DNA from: Bugula neritina | Lineage: Eukaryota; Animalia; Bryozoa | Length of the DNA stretch: 64,000 bases | Direction of reading: 5' to 3' | NCBI GenBank assembly: GCA_964035545.1 | Contig: OZ037770.1 | Coordinates: 13,940,642 to 14,004,641 of the forward strand | In this document: positions 28,610 through 64,000 of the stretch, in pieces | Layout: each line of letters starts with the position of its first letter | How positions within the stretch are numbered: position 1 is the stretch's first letter | Notes under the pieces: model-generated | Told to the model about the DNA's origin: nothing | Seen by the model: only the letters and a program-made list of their open reading frames with translations | Databases searched by the model: none | Position numbers and translations under genes: made by a program

Positions 28610-30053
28610 ACACCAGATTATATCGAATCTGTATAAATCATCAAGCATATAAATATTAAATATCATCCACATGTTATAGTATGACTGAATAAACATATAC
28701 GTCCCAGTTTTATTCATGTTTGTTCACCAAAATGTGAATAATTATAAGGCATGTATGTAGAATTATCCCTATTTTACGATCACTTGCATAATACCATATT
28801 ACTATAAGGCATAAGCATATTATATTTGTATTATTCAAAGAGCTAGAAATCATACGTTTGGTACATTAATGCAATTCTTGTTTAAAGCAATTTCCATGTA
28901 GTATCATGCCGCCTAGCTCACTTAAATCGCATATTTTAATTTCAACTGTACTCAAGTAGCAAGTCCATTGCTTTCAAAATATGTATTCCATATTCCTTCT
29001 TGGATTTTGTAGATACAGTGTAGTCTGCATACCGTGATGGAGCAGATATAATAGTTTATAGTCAACCTGTCGCAGCAGTCATCTCACTGAAAGTCTCAAA
29101 GAGACAAGCAAACCTCAGCACCAATGGAGCCATATTTCAGCGACCTAGTGGAATATCTTAAAGGTACAACTTGTAAAACGCAGAAGTAAAAATTAAACAT
29201 AAAAAGAAAGAAGACCTCAAACATCTATAATTATTTACTCTCTCAAGAACAACACATTTTCCATGAGAACTTTGACTTTCTGAGAATTATACTATAATTT
29301 ACCACCATTATATCAGATTACATTTACTTGATGAATTGTTTTCCATGCATAGGCTACTCAAATGGTTAACTCTACTCTAATCATTACCAGCATATTATTC
29401 TCTGTAAAGATATTATGTCATTTACAGTATCTACTCTGCAAAAACACAAAACACTATGTATTCTCTGATTTAACACAAGTAAATTATTTATTACTAGTCT
29501 AGTATATATCAACTATAGATTTCTAATCTCTTTATGAAACTTACTTTGTTGTACGTAGCTATATAGTTATATATATTTTATTATGCAATTTTATATTCTA
29601 GTGATTGAGTTTTTATGTGGACTTTATTGCACAGCTTTTATTTTTTGCACCTACTTTTTCATTTATTAGGGAATAAAAGCTTCAATCAATTAATTCACAC
29701 TTTTAGCACAGCTCTAATCTGTGAGAGTTATGTTCTCATGACACAGAGCTGTGTTTTAGGACTAGTCTAAAGCCCATATTAATAATAAATTAGAGAGAAA
29801 ATTGGCTTGATAGAGATACTATGTTAACAATCCATTTATCAGAATTACTAGCAACTGCTTCATAAAGTTCACTCAACCATTTAGCGTCACACGAGGAGAT
29901 GGATTAGGAACAACTATAATATAATGTGACAGAATGTTACCACTTTAGAAATTAATTGATGCAGAAAATATTATTGAGAGCATTATAAAAAATTATTGAA
30001 ACTGCAGAGTTTACACAGCTAGGTAGCACTAGACCAGTGTGTCGCATGCAGTC

Positions 30054-44460
<14,407 letters not shown>

Positions 44461-45886
44461 AATATGAAATTCAGTTGTGGTTTTGTAAATTTTGATGTTT
44501 CTTTTTGTTGTGTAAATAAATTATGAATGGTTCTCAGTTCTCTCAATATATTAAAATAATATTGCAGTTTTAAAAATATTTTTGCTAAAACCTGGTCCAG
44601 CCCATATGTAATGTGAATGTTTTATTACATTTAAAAGAATTTTTTTAGCTTGTTTTGGCCAATAAATACAAAAGAAAAGTATCGATGAGCGTATTTTATG
44701 TACAAACGTAATTGCAGTTTTTAGTAATATATTTTATTAAGTAATTTAATCGAACAGATTGTTTTACTAGATTTCCTCAGAGAGTTTTACTTTTTGTAAG
44801 TTATGTTTCCTTGACATAATACTTTGTATCAAATACTTTAAGCACATTTTCAAAACTTAAAAACAATCTATCATATATGCAATAGGAATAAATATTTCTG
44901 TGAAAAACTGCTTGATTAATCAATATTGCAAAAATAGTTTTTGCGCTCATTCAGCATTCTAGAAAGTATAATGCGAAGAGACAAATGAATAAATATATAA
45001 TGCATTACACTTTAGGCAAGCATTACTTCATTTAGAAAGCTTTAAAAACTCTTTATACATGCAGAGTCATGGATGAGAGCAGAATAGATAATTGCAGAAA
45101 TGTTCCAAGGAAAGAAAATGATACAATTCTTACATTAATTGGAACAAAAACACTTTTCACTTGCTTGAGAGGCTGCAAATTGCAAGTTCCTGATAGTATT
45201 GTCAGCGGGTGTTGTTACCATGACAACACAAATTTTCAGAGGTGTTATTTATTGGCCTTCAGTTTATTCATTGCTTCATTGCCTCATTGCTTCAGTGATT
45301 TAGTGATTGAGTGATTCATTGTTGTGTGTGTGAGATTATAAAATTTTGTCTTGGTCTGCTTTCCTTTACAAGACTAAACTTTTGTAAGGGAATTTTGTAT
45401 AGATGCTCATTATATTGAATTATGTAATCTTATATTTTATAATTTGAGTAGTTTTACTAATTTTTTGGTTATGGAAATAGCTATGTTTTGCTTTTTTATT
45501 TTTTTATTTAAAGCAGAGAAAGCACACAAACTAAACTTTGTTTGCTAAAAGAATTGAAGAGAAAGTCATGCAACCACTCACGCATATGATTAATTTTTGT
45601 TATATAAAATATTTTCTTTTGGCCGTATTTTAGCACCAGAATTATAATGCAGATTTATCTTAATATTAGTAGCACATTAATTTATAGCTGTAAAATTATT
45701 TATCAAGATTATTATTTTTCAAGCTCCATTTAGCGGTGACATAAGTAACTAATAACGGGTAAGGTAATAAACACTTTAGAAATTAATTGATGCAGAAAAT
45801 ATTATTGGGGGCATCATAATAAATATCTGAAACAGTAGACAGTTTACACAGATAAGTAGCACTAGATCAGTGTGTCACATGCAGTC

Positions 45887-61522
<15,636 letters not shown>

Positions 61523-62318
61523 GAGTGAAGTTTTCTTTTATTAATTTAATTATTTGTATTTGATTCTGTTATTCTATTGAAGGGTAAGATGAGAGCTTTT
61601 TCAATGATTGTTATTTGCAGTTTTTAGCATTTTCTTAATTGCTGTATATAAATAATAAGCCTTTTAGCTGTGTTTCTTTGTTTGTTTTTTCAAAAAAAGC
61701 TAAAAGTTAAAGAATGAAGTTCCTTTGAAAAAATTGCCTACCTCAACAATATAAATTATACATGTTGTTTTTATGTCTCTCTAACTTGAGTTTTTGATCC
61801 ATTTTCTTCTTGAGATGTTCATGACTAATATATATATATTTTGCTCATCATATTGCAATATATCCATGCTTTTAGTTATAGCCAGTGAGATCGAGTTAAA
61901 GATGCCAAAAAAATAGAAATCCTAAAGCTTGAAGAATCTGAGTAAAAAATAAAAACAGTGTAATTATTTTGAAATTGGGTATGTGGTAGATATTAAAACT
62001 AGTATTTGCATTGTTTGCAGACGACTTTAATTTATTGGATAGTTTTGCAATATTGCATTGATAATGAGACACTTTCAAGCAATTAGCTTTTGAAATTTAT
62101 CTTTTGCAACTTTTAATTATCAGAGTTTTTTCCTCTTAACTTTGCAAAAAATAATAAATACACATACAGTTGACTAAGTTGATTTTATTTCACATTCAGT
62201 AGGTTTACTATTTTAGATTTACTAATTAATCACAAAATATTTTGTTTTACTATATCAGCACAAGAGTTCTCTTCAACATAGTACATAGCTGCCTTGAGTT
62301 GAACTGTGAGAAGTTTGA

Positions 62319-63775
62319 TTATGGTACAATTCTGGGAGGTACTCTGTAAAATATAAAAATAAACTCAGTCTTCAACTTTAAACTCAACTTTAATTTATAT
62401 GTTTAGATTAAAAAAAAATTCAATCAAGTTAAAAATATGTTGTAAAACAAAAATTGTTCGTTGTAATATGTATTTGAAAACTCAAACCGTTAACTGTAAG
62501 CTTTCAGCAAACTTTTGATTAATTATAAGTAGCTTGAAAAAAATGTTGGCAATACCTATATTTATTATTTAACTAACTGTTTATTTATATGCTTAAACCT
62601 ACTCATTTACTTATTTCTAAGATATTCATTGCATACAACGTCAATCTTATATATCTAAAATTTTGAAAACACTCTGTAGTATGAAAAATAAAATCTATAA
62701 TGCAACACGTAAATATTCTACAGTAATAATATTAATTCGTAATATCTTAAATTCATATCTCTCTGACGCAGCTACATGCAGGCTTCAAAGAATAGCATAA
62801 AATAAAATTTGCATGTAGCAAAACTGTAGGAAATTCTTATTATAAAAAAATGTAAGACATCTATATATAGCTGTTTATTTATAACTAAGTGGGTATACAC
62901 TCACTGTATGCCTGTAACGCAGTACTTGGTGGTAGAATAGGGAGAAGTACAGCAGACGTCAGGTGCAGCACAATCAGCTTTACTTTCACAACCTGGGTTA
63001 TACTTAGGTCCAAATGGTTCCTGAGAGTTGGGGCATCTTCTGGTAAGTCTCACTCCGTTAGTCACTGTGTTCAGTATAATAAGTAGAATTAGGCTAATGA
63101 TATTACTTCTTCGTTTTTTAGTAGTTTTGGTACAGCTATACGTTTTGAGTTTTTATTTTTTTAGTCAATTAGTTAAATACTTTCACCATATGTTCAAAAA
63201 TTGTTTTATATTCATCCAGTATACAGTGTTTTTAATTTACAATAGTATGAACTGCCTCCCCAATTTTGTTTTATATTTGTTGAGTATAATATATACTATG
63301 TTGATAACAATAGTTGCAATATTAGGAGTTGTCTTCTCAATAATAATTATGTGTTTATAAACTATAACTCACCACAGAGGGAGGTGACAGGGCAGCCCCC
63401 ACTAGTTCTATATCCATCCTTACAGAACTTAGTGAAGTCTGCTGTTGGACAATCGACTAAAAAGATATGCATTACTCAAGTATTAAAGAATTTCAGTTGA
63501 GTATATAATATTATATAATGAAATGTGATTTTTATTTATTGATCTATTTAAGTTTTATATTTTTATTGTGTTTTTTTATATTTACTCGACGCTTTTAGTG
63601 ATATTTTTATTAAAACTAAACCAGTTTATAGTCAACTTACCACACTGGCAGTCCTGTTTCTCACAGCCACATGAATCCTTGACATAGCCTTTGGGACAAG
63701 AGTAAGGTGTGTCTCCAGGAAAGTAGGATCCACATTGGCTAGTAGGACATGGGTGGGGGCAGTGGGGGAGAGATG
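62319..63775 (-). CDS. Cysteine-rich antistasin-like + WAP-like protein (probable secreted protease inhibitor), 3' exons; 5' end lies outside the window
   Basis: Exons 63775-63641 (SLPHCPHPCPTSQCGSYFPGDTPYSCPKGYVKDSCGCEKQDCQC), 63456-63373 (VDCPTADFTKFCKDGYRTSGGCPVTSLC), 63064-62905 (VTNGVRLTRRCPNSQEPFGPKYNPGCESKADCAAPDVCCTSPYSTTKYCVTGIQ) and 62343-62319 (VPPRIVP*). All GT-AG and phase-compatible (1-1, 1-1, 1-2). Confidence 0.85.
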
Positions 63776-64000
63776 CTGATAAAAAATATTACAGCTACTG
63801 TATATTGTAATCTAAAGCTTCAAAGCTTGAAAAAACTTTGTTGGGAAAAGTGAGTATAGGGTTTTATTCTAATATAACACAGATCACAACAAAAAAATGT
63901 ACAATAAAATTTGTATATATAAAGTTAGGCTCTAAATAATACAAAACTGAGCTAATGGTAGTTGTGTTTATGTAAAATAATTCAATTTTTATGAATTATC

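Noticed and set aside
29013-29163. Exon-like segment with AG and GT boundaries upstream of copy B
   Set aside because: Stops in all three forward frames; at most a 5' UTR exon, which cannot be supported from sequence alone.
62889-63360. Plus-strand ORFs 62889-63086 and 63028-63360
   Set aside because: Antisense shadows of the minus-strand Cys-rich gene and its AT-rich intron.

Overview
AT-rich, intron-rich animal (invertebrate-like) genomic DNA; the ORF track shows only exon fragments, so gene models were assembled by hand from GT/GC-AG boundaries and phase. Left: two tandem minus-strand flavin-containing monooxygenase (FMO) genes, one complete (7 coding exons, 423 aa) and one running off the window. 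Facing away from them is a plus-strand array of three ~15-17 kb ABCC5/MRP5-like ABC transporter genes. Copy A has a single in-frame TGA where copies B and C have Cys, and an intron that B and C lack precisely. Intron 1 of copy C holds a 5'-truncated Penelope-like retroelement inside a (TA)n tract. Its ~250-bp inverted terminal duplication places a complete type I hammerhead ribozyme in the sense strand of the host pre-mRNA. At the right end, missed by the ORF track, is the 3' part of a minus-strand cysteine-rich antistasin-like + WAP-like gene. Two tRNA-derived interspersed repeat families, MITE/piggyBac-like relics and microsatellites occupy introns. Repeat boundaries are approximate and no database searches were run.
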